Virus record (IMG/VR): IMGVR_UViG_2526164632_000040
Source: a virus
Taxonomy: Duplodnaviria > Heunggongvirae > Uroviricota > Caudoviricetes
Length of the DNA: 30,163 nucleotides
Direction: 5' to 3' (one strand)
Part shown: in pieces, positions 9,102-18,941 of the stretch
Layout: every line of letters begins with the position of its first letter
Numbering within the stretch: position 1 is the first letter of the stretch
The notes under the pieces: model-generated
Seen by the model: only the letters and a program-made list of their open reading frames with translations
Database searches by the model: none
Told to the model about the DNA's origin: nothing
Position numbers and translations under genes: made by a program

Positions 9102-9696
9102 CCGTGAAATCCGTTGTTACAGCGGTGAGGTGCGTGCTGAGAGGCATGACGATAACCCGGCGCACATTATCGGTTATGGATCGGTGTTTGACTGTCGTTC
9201 TGAGCTGATATTCGGTTCATTCCGCGAAATCATCCGGCCCGGCGCTTTTGACGATGTGCTTGGTGATGATGTACGCGCACTGTTTAACCACGATCCTAAT
9301 TTTATTCTTGGGCGTAGTGCAGCAGGCACGCTGAATCTTTCAGTTGATGAGCGCGGATTACGCTATGACATCCAGGCTCCGGAGACACAGACCATTCGTG
9401 ATCTGGTGCTGGCCCCGATGCAACGTGGAGATATTAACCAGTCATCTTTCGCTTTCCGTGTCGCCCGTGACGGTGAGGAGTGGTATCAGGATGAGGACGG
9501 GGTTGTTATTCGCGAGATAACCCGCTTTTCCCGTCTGCTGGATGTCAGTCCTGTGACATATCCTGCCTATCAGGAGGCTGACTCGGCTGTTCGCTCCATG
9601 AAAGCATGGCAGGAGGCGCGCAACAGCGGCGCGCTACAGAAAGCCATTAATCAACGTATGGCGCGTGAACGCGTCCTGACCCTTCTTAACGCGTAA
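9094..9696 (+). CDS. prohead protease (HK97-family-like)
   Basis: Position between portal and major capsid. ATG 9094 has GAGGG upstream and overlaps the portal stop. Confidence 0.7.
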   Translation: MNDREIRCYSGEVRAERHDDNPAHIIGYGSVFDCRSELIFGSFREIIRPGAFDDVLGDDVRALFNHDPNFILGRSAAGTLNLSVDERGLRYDIQAPETQTIRDLVLAPMQRGDINQSSFAFRVARDGEEWYQDEDGVVIREITRFSRLLDVSPVTYPAYQEADSAVRSMKAWQEARNSGALQKAINQRMARERVLTLLNA

Positions 9697-9706
9697 AGGA
9701 AACATC

Positions 9707-10936
9707 ATGAAACTGCATGAACTGAAACAGAAACGTAATACTATCGCAACTGACATGCGCGCCCTGAATGAAAAAATTGGTGATAACGCATGGACGGAAG
9801 AGCAGCGCACTGAGTGGAACAAAGCAAAATCCGAACTGGAAGCGCTTGATGAACGAATTGCACGCGAAGAAGAACTGCGTCGTCAGGATCAGGCGTACAT
9901 TGAAAGCAATGAGGAAGAGCAGCGTCAGAATCTTGATCCGGAAAACAATTCGCAACAGGATGAGAAACGAGCTCAGGTTTTTGATAAGTGGATGCGTCAC
10001 GGTGCCAGTGAGCTGACATCAGAAGAGCGAAAGGCGTTGCGTGAACTTCGTGCCCAGGGTGTAGCTCAGGATGAAAAGGGCGGATATACCGTACCAGAAA
10101 CATTCCTGGCGAAAGTTGTTGAGAAGATGAAATCCTACGGTGGCATCGCCAGTGTGGCGCAGATTCTGACCACTTCTGACGGTCGCACCATGGAGTGGGC
10201 AACAGCTGATGGTACTTCCGAAGTTGGTGTTCTGCTGGGCGAAAATGAAGAAGCCGGTGAAGAAGACACCGATTTCGGTATGGGAAGTCTTGGGGCGCTC
10301 AAAATGACATCGAAAATCATTCGTGTGTCTAATGAGTTGCTGCAGGACAGCGCGATCGATATGGAAGCTTATCTTGCCCGTCGCATTGCTGAACGTATTG
10401 GTCGTGGTGAAGCCCGTTATCTGATTCAGGGGACTGGTGCTGGTACGCCTAAACAACCCAAAGGGCTGGCAGCATCAGTGACCGGCACAACACAGACTGC
10501 CGCGGCAAATGCGGTGAAGTGGCAGGAAATTCTGGCTCTGAAACACAGCATTGATCCTGCATATCGTCGCGGACCGAAATTCCGCCTGGCATTTAACGAT
10601 AATACGCTGAAACTGATCAGTGAGATGGAAGACGGTCAGGGACGCCCTTTATGGTTGCCGGATATTGTTGGTGTGGCACCTGCTTCAGTGTTGAATGTAC
10701 CTTATGTCATTGATCAGGAAATTGATGATATCGGGGCGGGTAAAAAATTCATGTTCTGTGGTGACTTTGATCGCTTCATTATCCGTCGTGTGCGATACAT
10801 GATTCTTAAACGTCTGGTTGAGCGTTACGCGGAATATGATCAGACCGGTTTTCTGGCCTTCCATCGTTTTGACTGTATCCTGGAAGACACCTCTGCCATT
10901 AAAGCGCTGGTGGGGAAAGGTAGCGTTGGTGGTTGA
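9707..10936 (+). CDS. major capsid protein (HK97 fold, with N-terminal coiled-coil delta domain)
   Basis: 409 aa. The first ~100 residues are highly charged and coiled-coil-like, as in a scaffold/delta domain. AAAGGA Shine-Dalgarno. Confidence 0.8.
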   Translation: MKLHELKQKRNTIATDMRALNEKIGDNAWTEEQRTEWNKAKSELEALDERIAREEELRRQDQAYIESNEEEQRQNLDPENNSQQDEKRAQVFDKWMRHGASELTSEERKALRELRAQGVAQDEKGGYTVPETFLAKVVEKMKSYGGIASVAQILTTSDGRTMEWATADGTSEVGVLLGENEEAGEEDTDFGMGSLGALKMTSKIIRVSNELLQDSAIDMEAYLARRIAERIGRGEARYLIQGTGAGTPKQPKGLAASVTGTTQTAAANAVKWQEILALKHSIDPAYRRGPKFRLAFNDNTLKLISEMEDGQGRPLWLPDIVGVAPASVLNVPYVIDQEIDDIGAGKKFMFCGDFDRFIIRRVRYMILKRLVERYAEYDQTGFLAFHRFDCILEDTSAIKALVGKGSVGG

Positions 10937-10960
10937 TTAGTCTTTTTACGTAATACAGCA

Positions 10961-11004
10961 CGCCGCGTAATGCGGTTTTTTTGTGCCCGCGTTCTGGCGG
11001 GCAC
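10961..11004 (+). terminator. tandem hairpins / partial terminator between capsid and connector genes
   Basis: Weak hairpin CCGC-GTAAT-GCGG followed by T7, then a perfect 8-bp GC-rich hairpin GTGCCCGC-GTTCTG-GCGGGCAC ending just before the connector gene's AGGAGG. Confidence 0.3.
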
Positions 11005-11014
11005 AGGAGGTTTT

Positions 11015-11338
11015 ATGCTGTTAAAAATGGAAGAGATTAAGCTTCAGCTTCGTCTGGATGATGATTTCTCTGATGAAGATGAGTTGCTTGAACTACTTGG
11101 GAAGGCCGCTCAGAGTCGGACGGAAAACTTCCTTAACCGTACGTTGTATGCAACCGCAGATGACAGGCCTGCGGATGATCCTGATGGGCTTGTGATATCT
11201 GATGATGTGAAGCTGGCGCTCCTGCTACTTGTCAGCCATTTCTACGAAAACCGCTCAACGGTTACAGACGTTGAGAAAATGGAGTTGCCAATGAGCTTTA
11301 ACTGGTTGGTTGCTCCTTATCGCCTTATACCACTATGA
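11015..11338 (+). CDS. head-tail connector protein (gp6-like)
   Basis: N-terminus MEEIKLQLRLDDDFSDEDELLELL matches the conserved start of gp6-like connector proteins as recalled. ATG 11015 has AGGAGG upstream. Confidence 0.55.
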   Translation: MLLKMEEIKLQLRLDDDFSDEDELLELLGKAAQSRTENFLNRTLYATADDRPADDPDGLVISDDVKLALLLLVSHFYENRSTVTDVEKMELPMSFNWLVAPYRLIPL

Positions 11339-11745
11339 AAATTCGTCAGGCGCAGACCAGCGCAACCTACATTCTGCCTGACCCCGGCGAGCTGAATAAA
11401 CGCGTCCTGATCCGCCAGCGGGTGGATATGCCCGCGGATAACTTTGGCGTGGAGCCTCAATACCCGGTTGTGTTCCGGGCATGGGCGAAGGTTATCCAGA
11501 CCAGTGCCACCACCTGGCAGGAAACAGCGCAGATCGGAGATGCCATCACCCATTACATCACCATTCGCTACCGCCGGGGGATCACTGCTGATTATGAGGT
11601 GGTCTGTGATGACAGTGTGTACCGGGTGAAACGTCAGCGTGATCTGAACGGGGCGCGGCGCTTTCTGCTGCTGGAGTGTACGGAACTGGGTGCCGAAGAA
11701 CAAATGGGAGGACGCAGTGGAGCAGACAGCATTTTTACACGTTGA
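11335..11745 (+). CDS. head closure / head-tail joining protein
   Basis: 136 aa immediately after the connector with ATGA overlap. Family assigned from position and size. Confidence 0.45.
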   Translation: MKIRQAQTSATYILPDPGELNKRVLIRQRVDMPADNFGVEPQYPVVFRAWAKVIQTSATTWQETAQIGDAITHYITIRYRRGITADYEVVCDDSVYRVKRQRDLNGARRFLLLECTELGAEEQMGGRSGADSIFTR

Positions 11746-12241
11746 TTTCAAACAACCGGAGGAGATGGAGTTTAATCGTGCCAGGCTCCGAAAGGCATTT
11801 GTTCAAATCGGGCGTGTCTATATGCGTGATGCCCGGCGGCTGGTGATGCGGCGTGGTCGGTCTGCTCCAGGTGAAAACCCCGGCTATCAGACCGGACGAC
11901 TTGCGCGTTCTATAGGTTATTACGTCCCCCGTAAAAGCTCCCGTCGTTCTGGCCTGATGGTCAGGATTTCCCCTAACCAGAAAAACGGGCAGGGTAACCG
12001 GCGTTTTCCTGAAGGTTCTGCGTATTATCCGGCGTTTCTGTATTACGGTGTGCGTTATGCCGCATACGGGATGAGCAAAAAGGATAAGCGCCAGAAAAAG
12101 CAGCATTCATCCCGCTGGCGGCTGGCACCACGTAATAACTTTATGGCTGATGTCATCGACCAGCGTCGTTACTGGACACAAAAGTTACTGTCCCGTGAGT
12201 TACAGCGGTCATTACGTCCTGTAAGAAGGAAAAAAACATGA
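11717..12241 (+). CDS. HK97 gp10-like phage protein (tail-completion candidate)
   Basis: Position after head closure. GTG 11717 preferred because of GGGAGG five nt upstream; track start is 11690. Confidence 0.4.
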   Translation: MEQTAFLHVDFKQPEEMEFNRARLRKAFVQIGRVYMRDARRLVMRRGRSAPGENPGYQTGRLARSIGYYVPRKSSRRSGLMVRISPNQKNGQGNRRFPEGSAYYPAFLYYGVRYAAYGMSKKDKRQKKQHSSRWRLAPRNNFMADVIDQRRYWTQKLLSRELQRSLRPVRRKKT

Positions 12242-12798
12242 AACTGACGCCTGTTATTGCTGCGCTGCGTGCCCGCTGCCCGTATTTTGAAAACCGGGTG
12301 GCAGGCGCGGCCCAGTTCAAAAATCTGCCGGAGGTCGGAAAGCTGAAACTCCCGGCGGCATATGTGGTACCGGGGGATGATTCTCCGGGAGAAAACAAAA
12401 GCCAGACCGACTACTGGCAGGAGCTGAAAGAGGGCTTCTCCGTGGTTGTCATACTGAGTAACGGGCGTGATGAGCGCGGTCAGTTTGCCTCGTATGATGT
12501 GGTGGACGATGTCCGGCAGATGCTCTTTAAGGCCCTGCTGGGCTGGAACCCGGAAGCGTGCGGTAACCCGATTACCTATGACGGCGGCACGCTGCTAGAT
12601 CTGAATCGTCATGAGCTGATTTATCAGTTCGATTTTTCGGTCATCAGCGAGCTGACCGAAGACGATACCCGCCAGCAGGATGAGCTGAACAGTCTGGATG
12701 AACTGCGAACGCTGGCGATTGATGTTGATTATCTCGATCCCGGTAACGGGCCTGACGGCGATATCGAACATCACACCGAAATAACCCTTCCTTCCTGA
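12238..12798 (+). CDS. hypothetical phage structural protein (neck / tail-terminator candidate)
   Basis: 186 aa, ATGA overlap with the upstream gene, in line with the structural operon. No motif recognised. Confidence 0.3.
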   Translation: MKLTPVIAALRARCPYFENRVAGAAQFKNLPEVGKLKLPAAYVVPGDDSPGENKSQTDYWQELKEGFSVVVILSNGRDERGQFASYDVVDDVRQMLFKALLGWNPEACGNPITYDGGTLLDLNRHELIYQFDFSVISELTEDDTRQQDELNSLDELRTLAIDVDYLDPGNGPDGDIEHHTEITLPS

Positions 12799-12806
12799 GA
12801 ATCTTC

Positions 12807-12977
12807 ATGTTTGTGAAACCTGTTAAAGGGCGGTCAGTGCCTGACCCTGCCCGCGGTGACCTTTTGCCCACCGAAGGGCGAAATGTTGACGAGAACAACT
12901 ACTGGCTGCGCCGTGAAGCAGCGGGTGATATCCGGCGCGTGAATAAAAAGGTGAACACCGATGACGATAAGCTTTAA
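12807..12977 (+). CDS. small conserved phage protein upstream of tail sheath (56 aa, possibly DUF2635-like)
   Basis: Hand-translated MFVKPVKGRSVPDPARGDLLPTEGRNVDENNYWLRREAAGDIRRVNKKVNTDDDKL; overlaps the sheath start by 17 nt. Family name is from memory and uncertain. Confidence 0.35.
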   Translation: MFVKPVKGRSVPDPARGDLLPTEGRNVDENNYWLRREAAGDIRRVNKKVNTDDDKL

Positions 12978-14457
12978 CACCATTCCGTCGAATACGCTGG
13001 TTCCGCTGTTTTATGCGGAAATGGATAACCAGGCGGCGAATACTGCACAGGACAGCGGGGCATCGTTGCTGATTGGTCACGCCAATAACGGTGCAGAGAT
13101 TGTTGCCAACAGTCTGGTGCTGATGCCGTCGGCAGACTATGCACGCCAGATTTGTGGTGCGGGAAGTCAGCTGGCGCGTATGGTCGAGGCTTATCGCCAG
13201 ACCGACCCGTTTGGCGAGCTGTATGTGATTGCCGTTCCGGAAGCCACAGGCGCGGCGGCAACGGTTACGCTGACGGTGACCGGGGCGGCAACCGAAACCG
13301 GCACGGTGAATGTTTATGTGGGACGTACCCGCGTGCAGGCACCGGTGACCAACGGCGATAACGTCGCGACGATTGCCAGCAGTATCAAAGATGCCATTAA
13401 TGCCGTTCCGGCCCTGCCGTTTACGGCCTCATCTTCGGCAGGCGTGGTCACGCTGACCGCGCGTCATAAGGGGCTTTGCGGGAATGAAATTCCTGTCAGC
13501 CTCAATTACTACGGCTTTGGTGGGGGCGAAGTGCTGCCAGCGGGCGTACAGATTGCCGTGGCGACGGGGAGCGCCGGAACGGGCGCTCCGGTTCTCACCG
13601 GTGCGGTGGCTGCAATGGCGGATGAGCCGTTTGATTATATTGGCCTGCCGTTCAACGACACGGCCTCCGTTAACACGCTGGTGACCGAGATGAACGATAC
13701 CAGCGGTCGCTGGAGCTATGCGCGTCAGCTGTATGGTCATGTGTATACGGCAAAGATCGGCACGCTGTCAGAACTGGTGACCGCAGGTGACCAGTTTAAC
13801 CAGCAGCACATTACCCTGGCGGGATACGAAAAAGACACTCAGACGCCAGCCGACGAGCTGGCGGCAAGCCGTACCGCCCGCGCAGCGGTGTTTATTCGCA
13901 ACGATCCGGCACGTCCCACGCAGACCGGTGAGCTGGTGGGTATGCTGCCTGCGCCGAAGGGGAAACGGTTCACGATGACCGAGCAACAGACCCTGCTGTC
14001 TCATGGCGTGGCAACGGCGTATGTCGAAAGCGGGGTGCTGCGCATTCAGCGTGATGTCACCACGTACAGGAAAAATGCTTACGGGGTTGCGGATAACAGC
14101 TACCTCGACAGCGAGACGCTGCATACCAGTGCGTATGTACTGCGCAAACTGAAATCCGTCATTACCAGTAAGTACGGGCGTCACAAGCTTGCCAGCGACG
14201 GTACCCGCTTTGGTCCCGGTCAGGCGATTGTCACCCCGGCGGTAATCAAAGGGGAACTGCTGGCAACCTACCGTCAGCTTGAGCGTGCGGGGATCGTGGA
14301 AAACTACGAACTGTTTAAGCAGTACCTGGTTGTGGAGCGTGATGCCAGCGATCCGAACCGCCTGAACACGCTGTTCCCGCCTGACTATGTTAACCAGTTG
14401 CGTGTTTTTGCCGTGGTTAACCAGTTCCGTCTTCAGTATTCAGAGGAGTCTGCATAA
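12961..14457 (+). CDS. contractile tail sheath protein (Mu gpL-like)
   Basis: 498 aa, followed directly by a ~118-aa tube protein. Size and order are typical of Mu-like myovirus tails. Confidence 0.8.
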   Translation: MTISFNTIPSNTLVPLFYAEMDNQAANTAQDSGASLLIGHANNGAEIVANSLVLMPSADYARQICGAGSQLARMVEAYRQTDPFGELYVIAVPEATGAAATVTLTVTGAATETGTVNVYVGRTRVQAPVTNGDNVATIASSIKDAINAVPALPFTASSSAGVVTLTARHKGLCGNEIPVSLNYYGFGGGEVLPAGVQIAVATGSAGTGAPVLTGAVAAMADEPFDYIGLPFNDTASVNTLVTEMNDTSGRWSYARQLYGHVYTAKIGTLSELVTAGDQFNQQHITLAGYEKDTQTPADELAASRTARAAVFIRNDPARPTQTGELVGMLPAPKGKRFTMTEQQTLLSHGVATAYVESGVLRIQRDVTTYRKNAYGVADNSYLDSETLHTSAYVLRKLKSVITSKYGRHKLASDGTRFGPGQAIVTPAVIKGELLATYRQLERAGIVENYELFKQYLVVERDASDPNRLNTLFPPDYVNQLRVFAVVNQFRLQYSEESA

Positions 14458-14813
14458 TGGCCCGTATCGGGGGAACCTGTTATTTCAAAATTGACGGTCA
14501 GCAGCTATCGCTGACCGGCGGCATTGAGGTGCCCATGAACAGGACGGTCAATGATGACATCATCGGCCTGGACGGTTCAGTGGACCGCAAGGAAACTCAC
14601 CGTGCGCCTTATGTCAAAGGGACCTTCAAGGTGCCGAAGAATTTTCCGGTGAGCAAAATCACCTCGTCTGATGAGATGACAATCACTGCCGAGCTGGCGA
14701 ACGGTCAGGTCTATGTATTGTCGTCAGCCTGGCTGCACGGCGAAGCGAACCATAATGCCGAAGAAGGTACGGTTGATCTTGAGTTCCACGGTGAAGAAGG
14801 GGATTACCAGTGA
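14457..14813 (+). CDS. tail tube protein (Mu gpM-like)
   Basis: 118 aa immediately after the sheath gene with start/stop overlap. Confidence 0.65.
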   Translation: MARIGGTCYFKIDGQQLSLTGGIEVPMNRTVNDDIIGLDGSVDRKETHRAPYVKGTFKVPKNFPVSKITSSDEMTITAELANGQVYVLSSAWLHGEANHNAEEGTVDLEFHGEEGDYQ

Positions 14814-15133
14814 TTGAGCTTGTACTTAAAAAACCGATCATCGCCCACAAAGAAACACTGCATGTGCTGGAAATACGTGAGCCTACGTATGACGAGATTG
14901 AGGCGCTGGGGTTCCCTTTCTCTGTTTCGCCTGATGGTGGTATGAAAATGGACAGTCAGGTAGCGCTGAAATATATCCCGCTTCTGGCCGGGATCCCGCG
15001 CTCGTCTGCAGCGCAGATGACGAAGCTGGATATTTTTAAGGCAGGCATGATTGTAATGCGTTTTTTTACCGGCTTGGAGACGGAAGAGACCTCCGGAAGC
15101 GATTCTACAATGTCGCGTGGTTCTGGAAATTAA
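14810..15133 (+). CDS. tail assembly chaperone (putative)
   Basis: 107 aa, acidic C-terminus, between tube and tape measure genes. Confidence 0.4.
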   Translation: MIELVLKKPIIAHKETLHVLEIREPTYDEIEALGFPFSVSPDGGMKMDSQVALKYIPLLAGIPRSSAAQMTKLDIFKAGMIVMRFFTGLETEETSGSDSTMSRGSGN

Positions 15134-15217
15134 ACCCCCTTGAACTTCGCCGGACGGCTATTTCCCACTTTGCTGATCTGGAGGCAGAGGCCGTCCGTAT
15201 AAATGAGGAGATGAAGC

Positions 15218-16229
15218 ATGGCTGATAATTTTCAGCTTAAAGCCATCATCACCGCCGTTGACAGGCTATCCGGCCCGCTTAAAGGTATGCAGCGTCAGCT
15301 TAAGGGGTTTCAGAAAGAAGTCTCCAGCCTTGCTCTGGGCGCTGCCGGGGCGGGTACTGCAATAATGGGGGCACTGGCACTCCCTGTAAAATCAGCCATC
15401 ACCCTTGAATCGAAGATGGCTGATGTCCGCAAAGTGGTGAACGGTCTGGATACGCCGGATGCGTTTAAGGCCATGACGGAGCAGGTACGCGCTTTGTCTA
15501 CTGAGCTTCCCATGTCTGCAGACGGGATCGCGGAAATTGTGGCGGCTGGCGGTCAGGCCGGGATTGCACGTGATGAACTGATGCAGTTTGCCACTGATGC
15601 GGTGAAGATGGGCGTGGCCTTTGATACCACGGCTGAAGAGTCCGGGCAGATGATGGCCCAGTGGCGTACTGCGTTTAATATGACGCAGGATGAAGTGGCC
15701 GGGCTGGCTGACAAAATCAACTACCTTGGTAATACCGGCCCGGCGAATGCGAAGAAAATCTCCGATATTGTTACGCGTATTGGTCCTTTAGGTGGTGTTG
15801 CAGGTGTGGCTTCCGGCGAAATCGCGGCAATGGGGGCAACCATTGCCGGGATGGGCGTGGAGTCAGAAATTGCCGCCACAGGGATCAAGAACTTCATGCT
15901 TTCCCTGACCGCGGGAAATTCCGCGACAAAATCGCAGAAACAGGCATTACGTTTTCTGCGGATCAATCCGAAGAAATTAGCTGCTGATATGCAGAAAGAT
16001 GCCCGGGGAACCATGCTGTCTGTACTGGATGCGATGGCTAAAGTGCCTAAAGAAAAACAGGCAGCTGTGCTGAATGCCCTGTTCGGGAAAGAGTCTCTGG
16101 GCGCGATAGCACCTCTGCTGACTAACCTTGATTTGTTGCGTACCAACTTCAGGCGGGTTGCGGATTCCCAGCAGTATGGCAGTTCGATGCAGAAGGAATA
16201 TGCTTCGAGGGCAGCGACGACGGAAAACC
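15218..16229 (+). pseudogene. tail tape measure protein, N-terminal fragment (interrupted by IS66-family element)
   Basis: Ala/Gly-rich helical protein with GAGGAG Shine-Dalgarno. The reading frame runs into the IS end at 16230. Confidence 0.7.
16222..16229. repeat. 8-bp target-site duplication GGAAAACC (left copy) of IS66 copy 1
   Basis: Identical 8-mer GGAAAACC lies directly outside both IS ends (16222-16229 and 18934-18941). Confidence 0.8.
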
Positions 16230-16259
16230 GTAAGCGGCTCGCCAGAACCGTATTGATAT

Positions 16260-17831
16260 TTACTGAGAGGTCAGATCAACTTTCCAGGGCAACAGATCGC
16301 GTACCCGGTTTGCCGGCCAATCCTGGATATGCTCAATGACGTAACGCAGCCATTTTTCTGGTTCCACATTGTTCAGACGGCATGTGCCGATCAGCGAGTA
16401 CAACACCGCCGCATGTTCGCCACCGCTGTCGGAACCCGCGAACAGCCAGTTTTTCCGGCCTACGGCCACTCCCCGTAAGGCGTTCTCTGCGATGTTGTTG
16501 TCGATTTCCACCCAGCCATTACTGCAGTACACGTTCAGGCCATCCCACTGTTTCAGCAGGTATGCGAACGCTTTTGCCGTATCCGAGTGACGCGACAGTG
16601 TTTTCATCTGAGTCTGTATCCAGTCATACAGTGACTGCATCAGTGGCGCAGCTCTGGCTTTTCTTGCCGCCAGACGCTGTTCTGCTGTACATCCCCGGAC
16701 TTCTGCCTCTATGGCATACAGTTCACCGATACGCTGCAGGGCTTCCGTGGTGATGTCGGTGGGCACTCTTGCATGCACATCGTGGATTTTTCTCCGGGCA
16801 TGAGCCATACACGCGGCTTCCGTTATTCTGCCGGATTCGTATAACACCCGGTAACCACCGTAAGCATCGGCCTGAAGCACACCGCTGTAACCGGCCAGAT
16901 GATTTTGTGGATGGATACCTTTCCGGTCCGGTGAGTACGCGAACCAGACCGCCGGGGGCATTTCCGAACCGGCGTTACGGTCATCACGGACGTAGACCCA
17001 CAGCCGGGCGGTCCGGGTTTTACCGCTGCCCGGCTCCTGGACCGGGACGGGGATATCATCAGCATGGACTTTACCGGGCATCAGCACATACTGGCGCAGG
17101 ACGTCATACAGCGGCTCCAGCAGTTCAGCAACGGCACCTGTCCAGCGCCCCAGCGTGGCGCGGCTCAGCTCCACGCCCTGGCGACGGTATATTTCTGACT
17201 GGCGGTATAACGGCAGATGGTCTGCATATTTCCCGGTAACAACATGGGCCAGAAGCCCCGCTCCGGCATAACTGCGTGCAATGGGTTTTGAAGGTACTGT
17301 TGCCTGCACGATATGGTCGCACCGACAACAGGCCAGTTTCGGACGTTGTGTTTCGATAACCTTAAAGGCGCTGCTGATAAGCTCCAGTTGCTCTGACACA
17401 TCACACCCCAGAGGACTGAGGTCACCACCACAGGCCGGGCAGCATTCCTCTTCCGGCCGGATGACCCGGGTTTCACGGGGAAGTGAGGCCGGTAACGGTT
17501 TACGGGCTGAAGACTGGCGCAGGGCGGATGGCAGTACCGGGTCATATTGCTCACCCAGCGTTTCCGCCATTTCTTCCTGAAGTGCGCTGATTCGCTCCTG
17601 TGCTTCCTGTATCTGCCGTTCGGTTTTAGCGCGAAGTTTTTCTGAGCTTTTACCGAACTGCATGCGCTGCAGTTTCGCAACCAGCGCCTTCAGCCGGTTG
17701 ATTTCGGAAGCATAAGCCGCCACCCGCTGTGAGAGCAGGCGGTTGTATTTCGCCATCTGGCGGATGGTGTCCTGTTGCGTCTGCAACAGTGCCCGCAGGC
17801 GGGCATTCTCATGAGCAAGTGAGGTGTCCAT
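16260..17831 (-). CDS. tnpC: IS66-family transposase TnpC
   Basis: 523 aa with N-terminal coiled coil, CxxC...CxxC zinc-finger motif (CCPACGG...CCRCDH) and a large catalytic region. Confidence 0.8.
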   Translation of the reverse strand: MDTSLAHENARLRALLQTQQDTIRQMAKYNRLLSQRVAAYASEINRLKALVAKLQRMQFGKSSEKLRAKTERQIQEAQERISALQEEMAETLGEQYDPVLPSALRQSSARKPLPASLPRETRVIRPEEECCPACGGDLSPLGCDVSEQLELISSAFKVIETQRPKLACCRCDHIVQATVPSKPIARSYAGAGLLAHVVTGKYADHLPLYRQSEIYRRQGVELSRATLGRWTGAVAELLEPLYDVLRQYVLMPGKVHADDIPVPVQEPGSGKTRTARLWVYVRDDRNAGSEMPPAVWFAYSPDRKGIHPQNHLAGYSGVLQADAYGGYRVLYESGRITEAACMAHARRKIHDVHARVPTDITTEALQRIGELYAIEAEVRGCTAEQRLAARKARAAPLMQSLYDWIQTQMKTLSRHSDTAKAFAYLLKQWDGLNVYCSNGWVEIDNNIAENALRGVAVGRKNWLFAGSDSGGEHAAVLYSLIGTCRLNNVEPEKWLRYVIEHIQDWPANRVRDLLPWKVDLTSQ

Positions 17832-17850
17832 ATCCTCACTTTACAACGGG

Positions 17851-18198
17851 TTATATGCGGATGCCAGCGCGTTCCGTTCGTTTCGGGTGCTTCCAGTCGA
17901 TGCCTTCGAGAAGCATGGACAACTGAGCCGGAGTAAGGTGAACCTTTCCATCGCGGGTGACCGGCCAGACGAAGCGGCCCCGCTCCAGGCGTTTGGTGAA
18001 GAGGCACAGTCCGTCACTGTCAGCCCACAACACTTTTATCTGGTCACCCCGGCGTCCGCGGAAGATGAACAGGTGTCCGGAGAACGGGTCATCCTTCAGG
18101 ACGTTCTGAACTTTTGAGGCCAGGCCGTTAAAGCCATTTCGCATATCGGTGATACCGGCAACCAGCCAGATACGCGAACCGGCAGGGAGAGATATCAT
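17851..18198 (-). CDS. tnpB: IS66-family accessory protein TnpB (Orf2)
   Basis: 115 aa with the motif LVAGITDMRNGFNGLA characteristic of IS66 Orf2 as recalled. Confidence 0.8.
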   Translation of the reverse strand: MISLPAGSRIWLVAGITDMRNGFNGLASKVQNVLKDDPFSGHLFIFRGRRGDQIKVLWADSDGLCLFTKRLERGRFVWPVTRDGKVHLTPAQLSMLLEGIDWKHPKRTERAGIRI

Positions 18199-18848
18199 CA
18201 GTGGCTGCTCCCTTTCATTTCGCGGATAAGTGTCTGTAATAACGCCGGTGTCAGTTCACCTTTCAGCCTGAGAGTTCCGGCCGGCAGAACCAGCTCGCAG
18301 CACAGACTGTCTGGCAGTGTATTTATCTGTTCAGGTATCTGCACTGGTGCCGGGATTTTATTATCCGGCTCCGGAGTTAACGTCACGGGAAGTAGCGATG
18401 TTTCATGTTCGCCGGGCGGTTGCAGGCCACCGTTACGCCAGAGATGCCGCCAGTTAAAGAGCAGGTTATCGTTAATTCCATTCTCTCGAGCTATTTGTGC
18501 GACACAGGCACCGGGTAAAAGAGTTTGCTGAACCAGTCTCCATTTAAACTCCGGTGAAAATCGGTTCCGGCGGGGTTTCTCTGCTTTCACAGGCTGAGTC
18601 ACGGTCGGGGCTGAAGGGTATCGCCCCGGGAAAAGAGCCCGGGCCAGTTGCCCGCAGGAATATTCACCGGAAAGAGGCCAGTCAGTGAATACCTGGTGAA
18701 ATCGCCTCACCAGAGAAAAAATGGCGGTTTTGCTGACACCAGTCTGCGCAGAAATGCGCGGGTACGACAGTGACTCGTCAAATCTCAGCTGTAGCACACG
18801 CAGGATCAATTCTGGATTATCTGCCAGTACCGCTTTTCGTGCATTCAT
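18198..18848 (-). CDS. tnpA: IS66-family accessory protein TnpA (Orf1), HTH-containing
   Basis: 216 aa. First ORF of the IS; its stop overlaps the tnpB start. Confidence 0.7.
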   Translation of the reverse strand: MNARKAVLADNPELILRVLQLRFDESLSYPRISAQTGVSKTAIFSLVRRFHQVFTDWPLSGEYSCGQLARALFPGRYPSAPTVTQPVKAEKPRRNRFSPEFKWRLVQQTLLPGACVAQIARENGINDNLLFNWRHLWRNGGLQPPGEHETSLLPVTLTPEPDNKIPAPVQIPEQINTLPDSLCCELVLPAGTLRLKGELTPALLQTLIREMKGSSH

Positions 18849-18933
18849 CTTAAATGTCCTTTTACTGCGAAAATGGACATTAGTATCGGAAACAGGAAAG
18901 GGAGGCGAAAGACGGTTTAAATGATGCGCTTAC

Positions 18934-18941
18934 GGAAAACC
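18934..18941. repeat. 8-bp target-site duplication GGAAAACC (right copy) of IS66 copy 1
   Basis: Direct repeat of 16222-16229. Confidence 0.8.

Larger units (their letters stand above)
16230..18933 (-). mobile_element. IS66-family insertion sequence, copy 1 (2704 bp)
   Basis: Ends begin with GTAAGCG (16230 GTAAGCGGCTC; reverse complement of the 18933 end is GTAAGCGCATC). Contains three - strand ORFs (216, 115 and 523 aa) in the IS66 tnpA-tnpB-tnpC arrangement, flanked by an 8-bp duplication. Confidence 0.85.

Noticed and set aside
14810-15217. Programmed -1 frameshift fusing tail chaperone to a downstream extension
   Set aside because: The chaperone and tape measure genes are in the same frame, separated by a stop and 84 nt, and no long overlapping alternative frame appears in the track.
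16369-18117. Multiple + strand ORFs inside both IS66 copies (and the same set at 27502-29250)
   Set aside because: Antisense shadows of the GC-rich tnpA, tnpB and tnpC genes; the - strand genes account for the coding signal.
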